From the NCBI GenBank assembly GCA_965220105.1, contig OZ244811.1, positions 2,819,136 to 2,883,135 on the forward strand: a stretch of DNA of 64,000 nt, in the 5' to 3' direction. Below are positions 1 to 8,283 of the stretch, one piece after another; positions within the stretch are counted from its first letter, which is position 1, and each line of letters opens with the position of its first letter. The translations under genes and the position numbers were made by a program. The notes beneath the pieces are model-generated. The model was not told the DNA's origin. It made no database searches and saw nothing but the letters and a program-made list of their open reading frames with translations. Origin of the DNA: Dehalococcoidia bacterium (GTDB lineage: Bacteria; Chloroflexota; Dehalococcoidia; Lucifugimonadales; UBA3495).

Positions 1-607
1 CTACCAGCAGCAGCGCGGCGCCCGGAATCACCATGGCGATGCGCCAGCCGAAAACCTCGCCGACGCCGAACATCAACACTCCGGCGAATACCAGCGGCAT
101 TGCCATCTGCGTCACGCCACCGCCCAGGTTGCCCCAGCCGGCGGTGGTCGCGTTGGCCGTGCCCACCACGTTGGGCGCAAACATGACCGACGTGTGATAC
201 TGGGTGATGACGAAAGACGCGCCGATGACGCCGATGGCCAGGCGGAACAGCAGGAACGATTCGTAGCTATTGGCGAACCCGATGCACATTACCGGTATCG
301 AGCCAACCACCAGCAATCCGCTGTAGGCCGTCCGGGGACCAATCCGGTCGCACAGCCAGCCGAAGATCAGGCGAGCGACGATGGTGATGGCAACCGAGGC
401 GATGATGGTGTTGCCGATCTGAGCCTTGCTGAGCAGCAGGTCTTCGCGCACCACCGCCATCAGGGGCGCGATGCCGAACCAGCCGAAGAAGCACAGGAAG
501 AACGCGAACCAGGTCAGGTGGAAGGTCCGCATCTGGGGCGTGGACAGGCTGAACAGATTTATCCGGGTAGCCTTCGCGCTTTCTAATGCCGCTCCCGCCA
601 TGCTCAT
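1..607 (-). CDS. narK: Nitrate/nitrite transporter, MFS NNP family (N-terminal part; C-terminus lies beyond window start)
   Basis: Own translation of the minus strand from ATG at 607-605: MSMAGAALESAKATRINLFSLSTPQMRTFHLTWFAFFLCFFGWFGIAPLM...TTAGWGNLGGGVTQ. Shows a TM-helix pattern and the GWGNLGGG NNP signature. Absent from the ORF track because it runs off the window. Lies downstream of nirD. Confidence 0.85.
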   Translation of the reverse strand, partial: MSMAGAALESAKATRINLFSLSTPQMRTFHLTWFAFFLCFFGWFGIAPLMAVVREDLLLSKAQIGNTIIASVAITIVARLIFGWLCDRIGPRTAYSGLLVVGSIPVMCIGFANSYESFLLFRLAIGVIGASFVITQYHTSVMFAPNVVGTANATTAGWGNLGGGVTQMAMPLVFAGVLMFGVGEVFGWRIAMVIPGAALLLV

Positions 608-654
608 TTCTCAACTCCGGTGGCTATGACTGGTGTGCGTAGGCTGTCATTCCG

Positions 655-731
655 ATCCCCTCTCCCCTGGCAGAAGAGTCGGGTTCGTACTGACCCCCTC
701 TCCCCTGGCGGGAGAGGGTTGGGGTGAGGGG
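655..731. repeat. Short hairpin repeat family B (CCCTCTCCC-loop-GGGAGAGGG + TTGGGGTGAGGG), one degenerate plus one full copy
   Basis: ccccctctcccctggcgggagagggttggggtgaggggg at 694-731, with a degenerate copy at 657-678. The same motif recurs at 6725, 31313, 31383, 40697 and 44936-45100. Confidence 0.85.
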
Positions 732-750
732 GAAAACTCGGACGACCGCA

Positions 751-1089
751 TTACACGCGCAACAGAATCTCGCCGGCGTCGTTTACGGATACGGAGAAAA
801 CCTGCAAGGGGGTGCAGTCATTGCCCACCGGCTCGCCGGTATTCAGGTTGAAGCGGAAGTTGTGCAGCGGGCACACCAGCGTCGCGCCCCCGATGAGGCT
901 GTCGGCCAGCGGGCCCTCCTGGTGCGGGCAGGCTGCCTGCGTCGCGTAGAGGTCGCCCTGGCGTCCGCGGAACACGGCCACCGGCGTGCTTCCGGCCAGG
1001 AACAGGCGACCCTCGCCCAGGGGAATCTGGTCCTGGTCACCCAGGTTGTACGTCATATCGGTCGTTGGGGTTGCGGCAATGATTACCAT
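751..1089 (-). CDS. nirD: Nitrite reductase [NAD(P)H] small subunit
   Basis: 112-aa ORF. CPHQEGPLADSLIGGATLVCPLHNFRFNLNTGE matches the Rieske-like NirD fold. Directly downstream of nirB. Confidence 0.9.
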   Translation of the reverse strand: MVIIAATPTTDMTYNLGDQDQIPLGEGRLFLAGSTPVAVFRGRQGDLYATQAACPHQEGPLADSLIGGATLVCPLHNFRFNLNTGEPVGNDCTPLQVFSVSVNDAGEILLRV

Positions 1090-1125
1090 GGGATTACCTC
1101 GGGAATGCTTCGGAAATGCGGGGAG

Positions 1126-3582
1126 CTACCGGGCCACCAGTGATGCCGGCGCGGTCACGAACTGGTTGGGGTGGACCGGCGCGTTGGACTCTTCCAGCCA
1201 AGGATCCTGATAGGCGTCCACGGCGGCTTGCATCTCGGTTTCCAGCCGCCCGCAGATGCCTTCGCGGTCTTGCACCAGGATCTGCCGCAGCTTATCGATG
1301 CCAACGCGCTCCACGAAATCGTAGGTGCGTTCCAGGTACTTGGCGTTCTCCCGGTAGTACTGCATGAACAGGCCCATATACCGGAGCACTTCGTCGTGGG
1401 AGTCCACGGTGCACAGGGTGTCGCCCTTGCGTACCCGCGAGCCAGCCGCTCCGCCCACGTGCACCTCCCACTTGCCACCCTCGATGGCCGTCGCTCCCAC
1501 GTCCTTGGTGGTGGACTCGGCGCAGTTGCGGGGGCATCCCGACACCGCCAGCTTCATCTTGTGGGGCGACTCGATGCCCTGGAAGCGCTTTTCGATCTTG
1601 ACGCCCAGCGTGGTGCTGTCGCCCAGCCCGAAGCGGCAGAAATCGGTGCCGACACAGGTCTTGCAGGTGCGGAACGCCTTGGTGTAGGCGTGGCCCGAGG
1701 GCATACCGATTTCCCGCCACACGTCGGGCAGGTGTTCCTTGGGGATACCCAGCAGGTCGATGCGCTGCCCGCCGGTAATTTTGACCATCTTGGCCTCGTA
1801 TTTTTCGGCAGCGTCGGCGATGCGGCGCAGCTCGTCCGGCGACGTGATGCCGCCGTAGATGCGCGGAACCACGCTGAAGGCGCCATTTTTCTGGATGTTG
1901 GCATGCACCCGGTCGTTGATGAAACGGGCGTCCCGCTCATCCTCGTACTCAGCGCCCCAGATGGTACGCAGCAGCGACGCCAGGCCCAGTTTGCTGCCGG
2001 CGTCTTCCCGGCCGCCGGCCATCGCCTCGAACACTGCCGACACGCTTTTGAGTTCCATGTCCTTGATGGCGCCGATGAGTTCCGGCTTGGTCAGCGCGAT
2101 GCCCGGCACGTAGTAGTGCACGGACGGGTCATCGACGACCAGGCCGTCGGCGGCCAGCTCCAGCACAGCCTGCACCTGCATCTTGCAGGAGCCGCAGCCG
2201 GTGCCGGCGCGGGTGGCGTCGCAGACCGCCTTCAGGCTGCGGTTGCCGGCGTCCACGGCAGCGATGATCTTGCCCTTGGTCACTCCGTTGCAGTTGCAGA
2301 TCTGGGCGTCGTCGGGCATATCCTCCACGTCCAGTCCTGCGCCAGCGTCGGCGGCCAGGGGGAACAGCAGCTCGGACCGGTTCTCGGGCAGGGCCTCCTG
2401 CCGGTCGAAGGCTTGCAGGATGCGTGGCACGGACAGGCCATCGCCCAGCAGGATGGCGCCCTTGACCTTGCCGTCGCGCACAATCACCTTTTTGTAGACG
2501 TTGCGGTTGGGTTCGACGTAGGTGACCACTTCGTCGTCTTCGCTGATGGGGTCCTTGTCGCCGGCCACTGCCAGCTCCACGCCCATCACCTTCAGCTTGG
2601 TGGATACTCGGGATCCGGTGTACAGGGCATCGGCGTTGCGCCCGGTCAGCCGCTCGGCCAGCACCCGGGCCTGTTCCCACAACGGGGCGACCAGGCCGTA
2701 TACCTGGCTGCGGTGTTCGGCGCACTCCCCGATGGCGTAAATATCCTGGTCGTTGCGGCAGGCCATGCTGTCGTTGACCAGGATGCCCCGGCGCACGTGC
2801 AGGCCGGCCATGCGCGCCAGGTCGACGTTGGGCCGGATGCCGGCGGAAATGACCACCATGTCGCAGTCCAGCGTCGCGCCGTCCTTGAATTGAAGGCCGG
2901 TGACTTTGCCGTCTCCCAGCACGCCGGTGGTCAGCTTTTCCAGGTGGAACCGGACGCCCGGTCCCTCCAGGCTCTGCTTGAGGAATTGACCGGACAGGGA
3001 ATCCAGCTGCGTTTCCATCAGCCAGCCCATGAGGTGGATCACGTCGACCTCCAGGCCGCGGTTCATCAGACCCCGGGCGGCTTCCAGACCCAGCAGGCCA
3101 CCGCCGATGACCGCCGCTTTGGTGGCGTTTTCGGCGTATTCGATGATGTCGGAGCAGTCGTCCAGCGTGCGGAACACGAAAGTACCGGCCTTGTAGCCAC
3201 CCTCATCGTCCATCAGGCCGTCCATGGGCGGCACGAAGGCGCTGCTGCCGGTGGCGATTACCAGCTTGTCGTAGGGCAGCAGCAGTCCGCCGGAGCCGTA
3301 GGCCATCTTCCCTTTGCGGTCGATGCCGATGACTCGGACGCCGGTGTGCAGCTCCACGTCATTTTCGGCGTACCAGCTGATGGGGTTGATGAAGATGTCG
3401 TCAGCATCGTGCGTTCCGGACAGCACGCCCGACAGCAGGATGCGGTTGTAGTTGCCCCAGGTCTCCTCGCCAATCACCGTAATGTCGAAGAAATCCTGGC
3501 CGCCCAAGGCAATCATCTCCTCGACAAAACGGGCGCCGGCCATGCCGTTGCCTATGACCACGAGCTTCTGTTTCTCTGCCAT
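1126..3582 (-). CDS. nirB: Nitrite reductase [NAD(P)H] large subunit
   Basis: 818-aa ORF. Has an N-terminal Rossmann motif VVIGNGMAGARF, a BFD-like CNCNGVTKG segment, and C-terminal siroheme/4Fe-4S motifs (TCVGTDFCRFG, VSGCPRNCAES). AGGAG-type SD upstream. Confidence 0.95.
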   Translation of the reverse strand: MAEKQKLVVIGNGMAGARFVEEMIALGGQDFFDITVIGEETWGNYNRILLSGVLSGTHDADDIFINPISWYAENDVELHTGVRVIGIDRKGKMAYGSGGLLLPYDKLVIATGSSAFVPPMDGLMDDEGGYKAGTFVFRTLDDCSDIIEYAENATKAAVIGGGLLGLEAARGLMNRGLEVDVIHLMGWLMETQLDSLSGQFLKQSLEGPGVRFHLEKLTTGVLGDGKVTGLQFKDGATLDCDMVVISAGIRPNVDLARMAGLHVRRGILVNDSMACRNDQDIYAIGECAEHRSQVYGLVAPLWEQARVLAERLTGRNADALYTGSRVSTKLKVMGVELAVAGDKDPISEDDEVVTYVEPNRNVYKKVIVRDGKVKGAILLGDGLSVPRILQAFDRQEALPENRSELLFPLAADAGAGLDVEDMPDDAQICNCNGVTKGKIIAAVDAGNRSLKAVCDATRAGTGCGSCKMQVQAVLELAADGLVVDDPSVHYYVPGIALTKPELIGAIKDMELKSVSAVFEAMAGGREDAGSKLGLASLLRTIWGAEYEDERDARFINDRVHANIQKNGAFSVVPRIYGGITSPDELRRIADAAEKYEAKMVKITGGQRIDLLGIPKEHLPDVWREIGMPSGHAYTKAFRTCKTCVGTDFCRFGLGDSTTLGVKIEKRFQGIESPHKMKLAVSGCPRNCAESTTKDVGATAIEGGKWEVHVGGAAGSRVRKGDTLCTVDSHDEVLRYMGLFMQYYRENAKYLERTYDFVERVGIDKLRQILVQDREGICGRLETEMQAAVDAYQDPWLEESNAPVHPNQFVTAPASLVAR

Positions 3583-3637
3583 GGATGTCTACTCCTACCC
3601 GTCTATTGGGCATCCTCTCTCATAGAGGAGACGTTTT

Positions 3638-4153
3638 GCGTAATCTGTCATTGCGAGCGAAGCGCGGCAATCTCGAACCCGAAGGTACAATCGTTGACAC
3701 GGGAACGGGATTGCCACGTCGCTAACGCTCCTCGCAATGACAACATTATTCAACGGTCTCCGTAGTGCGTAATCTGTCATTGCGAGCGAAGCGTGGCAAT
3801 CTCGAACCCGAAGGTACGATCGTTGATACGGGAACGGGATTGCCACGTCGCTAACGCTCCTCGCAATGACAACATCATTCAACGGTCTCCGTAGTGCGTA
3901 ATCTGTCATTGCGAGCGAAGCGTGGCAATCTCGAACCCGAAGGTACGATCGTTGATACGGGAACGGGATTGCCACGTCGCTAACGCTCCTCGCAATGACA
4001 ACATTATTCAACGGTCTCCGTAGTGCGTAATCTGTCATTGCGAGCGAAGCGTGGCAATCTCGAACCCGAAGGTACAATCGTTGATACGGGAACGGGATTG
4101 CCACGTCGCTAACGCTCCTCGCAATGACAAATTCATTCAACGGTGTCCATAGT
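3638..4153. repeat. Tandem array of 4 x 129-bp long-hairpin units (repeat family A)
   Basis: Units begin at 3638, 3767, 3896 and 4025 with an exact 129-bp period and only a few substitutions between units. Each unit contains inverted arms GTCATTGCGAGCGAAGCGTGGCAATC / GATTGCCACGTCGCTAACGCTCCTCGCAATGAC. Confidence 0.95.
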
Positions 4154-6271
4154 ACGAGCGCGGATACTTGCGATACGCACGGCGCATACCTTGAACTCGG
4201 GCATCCTGCTGATGGGGTCCAGGGCCGGATTGGTCAACCGGTTGGCCGCCTGGATGCCGCCCCAGTGGAAGGGCACGAACACCGTGTCCTCCCGGATGTT
4301 GCGAGTTGCTTTCAGTTTGAATTCCGCCGAACCCCGGCGGGTGGCCAGCGTCACGGGGCCGCCGTCCGCCAGCCCGTAGCGCCGCACCGTGGCCGGGTGC
4401 ATTTCGGCCAGGGGCGCGGGGCTCATTTCCCGCAGCTCGGCGATGCGCCGCGTCTGAGTTCCAGACTGGTACTGGGAAAGATTGCGTCCGGTGGTCAGGA
4501 AAAGGGGATAGTCGGTGTCCGGTTCTTCGGCCGGGGATTCGTGGCGCACCGGATGGAACCTGGCCCGTCCGGTGGCAGTCGGGAAGCCGTCGGTGAACAT
4601 CCGCGGCGTACCGGTATGGCCGACGCCCGGGCAGGGCCAGAAGACTCCAGCTTCGGCGTCGATCCGGTCGTAGGTAATGCCGGAGTAATCCGCCGGCCCA
4701 CCGGCAGATGCCCGGCCCAGTTCGTCAAAGATATCGGCCTTGCCGTCGTAGTCGAAATACTCGCCCTTGCCCAACCGTTGCGCCAGTTCGCAGATGACTA
4801 CGACATCGTCACGCACGCCTGCCGGCATCAGCGTCGCCTGCCGCCGCCGGATTACGCGTCCTTCCAGATTGGTCATCGTGCCCTCTTCCTCCGCCCACTG
4901 CGCCGACGGCAGCACCACGTCAGCCAATTCGGCGGTTTCGGAAAGGAAGAAATCGCTGACCACCAGAAAGTCCAGCGAACGCAGCCGTTCTTCGACGTGC
5001 ACCACGTTGGGCGACGACACCACCACGTTGGAACCCATCACCATCAACGCCCGCACGCCGCCGTCCTGGCCCAGCGAGTCCAGCAGTTCGTAGGCGGATT
5101 TGCCCGGTCCCGGGATGCTTTCCTCGGCAACGCCCCATACGGAAGCGACGTGCCGGCGCGCCGCCGGGTCGTCGATGCGGCGATATCCGGGGAGCTGGTC
5201 GGCCTTCTGACCGTGCTCGCGACCGCCCTGGCCGTTGCCCTGCCCGGTCAGGCAGCCGTAGCCGCTGTTGGGCTTGCCAATCAGGCCCAGCGCCAGCGCG
5301 ACGTTGATGAAGGACAGCACGTTGTTGACACCCTGGGCCTGCTGTTCGGTGCCGCGTCCGGTGAGAATCATGGCCGATTTTGCCGAGCCGAGCAGGTGGG
5401 CCGCCCGCACCAGCCCGCGTTCCGGAACGCCGGTGATGCGTTCGACGCGCTCGGGCCAGTAGGTGGATACCAGTCCCCGCACGCGTTCAAATTCTTCGGT
5501 GCGCTCGGCGATGTAATCCTGGTCCAGCAGGCCATCCCGGACGATGATGTGGAGCAGGCCGTTGGCCAGCGCGGCATCGGTGCCCGGTATCAGCTGAAGG
5601 TAGAGGTCGGCGCGGCTGGCGGTGGGCGTCAGGCGAGGGTCGGCGACGATCAGTTTGCCGCCGTTGGCTTTCTGCGCCTCGAAATACTGCATCAGCGGCG
5701 GCATGGTTTCCGACGAATTGCTGCCCATCATCAGCGCTACTTCCGCGCCGGCGATGTCCTCCAGGGGGAAGGGGAGGCCCCGATCCACGCCCAGCGCGCG
5801 AATGCTGGCCGCCGCCGCCGAGGACATGCAGAACCTGCCGTTGTAGTCGATGTTGGCGGTCTGCAGGGCGACCCGGGCGAACTTGCCCAGCAGATAGCTC
5901 TTCTCGTTGGTCAGCGACCCGCCGCCGAAGATACCCACCGCGTCATTTCCGTACCGGGACCGGGTATCTTCAAAGGCCTGCACGATGCGTTGCATCGCCT
6001 CGTCCCAGGTCACCGGCGACAGGTCGCCCTGGGAATTACGGGCCAGCGGTGTAGTCAGGCGTTCCGGGTGGGACAGCGTGGCGGCGGCGGTCCAGCCCTT
6101 GATGCATAGTGCGCCCTTGTTCACTGGAAACGCCGCGTCGCCGGCGATGGTCACGTCGGCGCCCGCGCCCGAAACCTCCATCCCGCACTGGAAGGCGCAG
6201 TACGGGCAATGCGTGGCGGTGGCCGCCTTTGCTACGATTTCGAGTGATTGTTCCAGCAACACAATATCCAT
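4133..6271 (-). CDS. nasA: Assimilatory nitrate reductase catalytic subunit (molybdopterin oxidoreductase, NasA/NarB type)
   Basis: 712-aa ORF. Carries the N-terminal HCPYCAFQCG 4Fe-4S motif of MopB-family enzymes. Length and adjacency to nirBD and narK fit this call. Confidence 0.9.
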   Translation of the reverse strand: MDIVLLEQSLEIVAKAATATHCPYCAFQCGMEVSGAGADVTIAGDAAFPVNKGALCIKGWTAAATLSHPERLTTPLARNSQGDLSPVTWDEAMQRIVQAFEDTRSRYGNDAVGIFGGGSLTNEKSYLLGKFARVALQTANIDYNGRFCMSSAAAASIRALGVDRGLPFPLEDIAGAEVALMMGSNSSETMPPLMQYFEAQKANGGKLIVADPRLTPTASRADLYLQLIPGTDAALANGLLHIIVRDGLLDQDYIAERTEEFERVRGLVSTYWPERVERITGVPERGLVRAAHLLGSAKSAMILTGRGTEQQAQGVNNVLSFINVALALGLIGKPNSGYGCLTGQGNGQGGREHGQKADQLPGYRRIDDPAARRHVASVWGVAEESIPGPGKSAYELLDSLGQDGGVRALMVMGSNVVVSSPNVVHVEERLRSLDFLVVSDFFLSETAELADVVLPSAQWAEEEGTMTNLEGRVIRRRQATLMPAGVRDDVVVICELAQRLGKGEYFDYDGKADIFDELGRASAGGPADYSGITYDRIDAEAGVFWPCPGVGHTGTPRMFTDGFPTATGRARFHPVRHESPAEEPDTDYPLFLTTGRNLSQYQSGTQTRRIAELREMSPAPLAEMHPATVRRYGLADGGPVTLATRRGSAEFKLKATRNIREDTVFVPFHWGGIQAANRLTNPALDPISRMPEFKVCAVRIASIRARTMDTVE

Positions 6272-6296
6272 GCCCCTAATGGGTAAGCATGGATAT
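6264..6296 (-). promoter_or_regulatory. Perfect 10-bp inverted repeat (ATATCCATGC-N13-GCATGGATAT) covering the nasA start codon
   Basis: Arms at 6264-6273 and 6287-6296. The nasA ATG (6271-6269) lies inside one arm, and the loop contains the SD-like AGGGG. Confidence 0.4.
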
Positions 6297-6405
6297 CGTA
6301 GGGTTTTTGTTTTACAGGCCGGTTTCGCCGGGGTTACATCTCCGTTGCCGAAAGATTAAGTGGCTATGACGCCGGCGTAAACGTCCTGTTACCGCACCGC
6401 GCGTT

Positions 6406-6457
6406 CCGATGATACGGTTGGGTTGCGGCTCCCGATGATACGGTTGGGTTGCGGCTC
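6406..6457. repeat. Perfect 26-bp tandem duplication upstream of nasA
   Basis: ccgatgatacggttgggttgcggctc occurs at 6406-6431 and again at 6432-6457. Confidence 0.9.
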
Positions 6458-6536
6458 CAAAAAAACCGTTCGTCCTGAGCCTGTCGAAGGATGATCCGTC
6501 CTGGATTTCGCCCTCACCCCAACCCCTCTCCCATGA

Positions 6537-6689
6537 GAGACCTTTGCGTAAATTGTCATTGCGAGCGAAGCGTAGCAATCTCGATACCGAAGCTACGATT
6601 TTCGCTACGGGAACGGGATTGCCACGTCCCTCGGCGAGCTCGGGATGAGCGGGTGCTCCTCGCAATGACAACATTATTCAAAGGTCTCC
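6537..6689. repeat. Repeat family A, full-length copy
   Basis: gagacctttgcgtaaattgtcattgcgagcgaagcgtagcaatctcg...gattgccacgtccctcggcgagctcgggatgagcgggtgctcctcgcaatgacaacattattcaaaggtctcc. Outer IR GGAGACC..TTG / CAA..GGTCTCC. Confidence 0.85.
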
Positions 6690-7474
6690 ATGACGAGAGG
6701 GGCTTTTGTTGCGCGCTGGCTTACTCCCTCTCCCGCCGGGAGAGGGCCGGGGTGAGGGCGGTTCCCCAACCCGGTGGCGCAAATATCCCGCAGACAACAT
6801 TGGTCGCACCGGGGGGCGTTCTTGATGCACGCTGCCTTGTGATGGTGATCCAGCAGCGCGTGAAATTCGTTATGAACCTCCACATCTGCCGGCACACCGG
6901 CGTGAAACAGCCGTTGCCAACCGGCGTAGTCCAGGCGACCTTCCGGTCTGATCCCCACGCGCCTCATGATGCGGATGGTATAGGCGTCGATAACGAAGGA
7001 CGGTTTGCCGGCTGCGTACACGAGAATGTCGTCGGCGGTTTCCTGGCCGATGCCGTAGATGCCCAGCAGTTCCTCCCGGACGGTGGGCGTTTCCGCCGCA
7101 AACATGGCGTCCAGGTCGCCGCCGTGGGATTCGCAAACGTGGGTGGCGAAAGCCTGCAACTTCCGGGCCTTCATGTTGTAGTACCCGGATGGCCGGATTA
7201 TCTCGGCCAGCGTCGCCAGGTCGGTTTCGTACACCGCGGGCCAGTCGTTGATGCCGGCTTCCCGCAGGTTCGCCAGCGCCCGCTCCACGTTGCGCCACGC
7301 CGCGGCCTGCGTCAGGATGGCGCCGGCGATCATCTCGAAGCGGCTTTCGCCCGGCCACCAACCCTGCGGCCCGTAGGCCGCCAGCAGCCGCCGGTAAATC
7401 TCCATCAAAAGCCCGGCGGGATCATCAACCGGCAAATTCTCCTGTCCATCCGGTTGATCCATGTGAATATTCAC
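6674..7474 (-). CDS. Endonuclease III-related HhH-GPD protein (COG2231-like)
   Basis: 266-aa ORF. GPQGWWPGESRFEMIAGAILTQAAAW and the HhH region match the family. C-x6-C-x2-C-x5-C cluster present (CIKNAPRCDQCCLRDIC). The last ~34 aa are encoded by repeat elements. GTGA overlap with the sfsA stop. Confidence 0.8.
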   Translation of the reverse strand: MNIHMDQPDGQENLPVDDPAGLLMEIYRRLLAAYGPQGWWPGESRFEMIAGAILTQAAAWRNVERALANLREAGINDWPAVYETDLATLAEIIRPSGYYNMKARKLQAFATHVCESHGGDLDAMFAAETPTVREELLGIYGIGQETADDILVYAAGKPSFVIDAYTIRIMRRVGIRPEGRLDYAGWQRLFHAGVPADVEVHNEFHALLDHHHKAACIKNAPRCDQCCLRDICATGLGNRPHPGPLPAGEGVSQRATKAPLVMETFE

Positions 7475-8217
7475 AGCATGACGGGAACGCTGTCAGCTAG
7501 CGTGATGCTCGTCTCGTCCAGCCGGCAACGATAGGCCCATGCTGCCACGCCGGCGTCGACAGCCTCCCGCAGGGTTCGCCCGAGCAGCGGGTCAGCGCTA
7601 TCGTGGGGAGCGAAAGCCTCGGCGTCGTCTCGCTGAATCACGAAGATGACGTCGGCCCGGTGGCCCTCGGCCCGCGCGGCCATCAGGCTGCGCAGGTGTT
7701 TCACTCCCCGCAGCGTCGGGGCGTCGGGGAACAGGCCAACACCGTCCACCACCAGGGTCACAGATTTGGTTTCCACGTAGCAGACGCCGGGTGGCCCCTC
7801 CAGGCGGAAATCCAGCCGACTCTCGCCGTAAACCGATTCCGGTCGCACGATCGGGTAGTCGGCAAACTGGGGCAGCCGGCCCTGGGCGATGGCCTCAGCC
7901 ACCAGATGATTGGGGAGCCTTGCATCTGCTGATGACAGCGTCGTGCCAGTGTCCACGATGGCCAGGTCATAGGCAGTCTTGCGCGCGGACGGTCGGGGAG
8001 CCGGCGCCAGCAATACCCGGTATCCCGGCACCAGCAGTTCCTCCATCCGCCCGGAGTTGGGGACGTGGGCCATGTGCTCGCGTCGGTTGATGTCCACCAG
8101 CGCGGCGAACCGGTTCAAGCGCTTGATGAACCGTCCTTCTACCAGGGGAGGGAAACGCACCAAAACCAACTCCTCCGCCGCCATTGACTGCTCGACGTTC
8201 GGTAATCCTATCGCCAC
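7471..8217 (-). CDS. sfsA: Sugar fermentation stimulation protein SfsA (nuclease-like)
   Basis: 248-aa ORF. GRFIKRLNRFAALVDINRREHMAHVPNSGRMEELL is the typical SfsA N-terminus. Confidence 0.85.
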   Translation of the reverse strand: MAIGLPNVEQSMAAEELVLVRFPPLVEGRFIKRLNRFAALVDINRREHMAHVPNSGRMEELLVPGYRVLLAPAPRPSARKTAYDLAIVDTGTTLSSADARLPNHLVAEAIAQGRLPQFADYPIVRPESVYGESRLDFRLEGPPGVCYVETKSVTLVVDGVGLFPDAPTLRGVKHLRSLMAARAEGHRADVIFVIQRDDAEAFAPHDSADPLLGRTLREAVDAGVAAWAYRCRLDETSITLADSVPVML

Positions 8218-8283
8218 CAGCTCCGCGATGACAACCCCGTCGGATAGCGTCTATAATGCCGCCACTTTCTCCCGGCCCCAGAG

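Noticed and set aside
1171-3765. 864-aa plus-strand ORF antisense to nirB. Similar long antisense ORFs: 4124..6109, 16015..19011 (998 aa), 29760..30881, 32971..34266, 47758..49347, 49363..50589, 57095..58420, 35518..36651 and 22827..23783.
   Set aside because: Each lies opposite a gene with unmistakable family motifs. Their translations are low-complexity Gly/Ala/Arg/His/Val-rich strings, typical of stop-poor antisense frames in GC-rich DNA.
3595-4140. 181-aa minus-strand ORF made of four 43-aa repeats (VIARSVSDVAIPFPYQR...)
   Set aside because: It is simply the translation of the 129-bp hairpin array, which stays open because 129 is a multiple of 3. The same DNA element occurs elsewhere in both orientations and in other frames, and there is no credible RBS.
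3638-4153. Possible CRISPR array
   Set aside because: The 129-bp units are directly abutting with no unique spacers. No cas genes are in the window, and the units belong to a dispersed repeat family.
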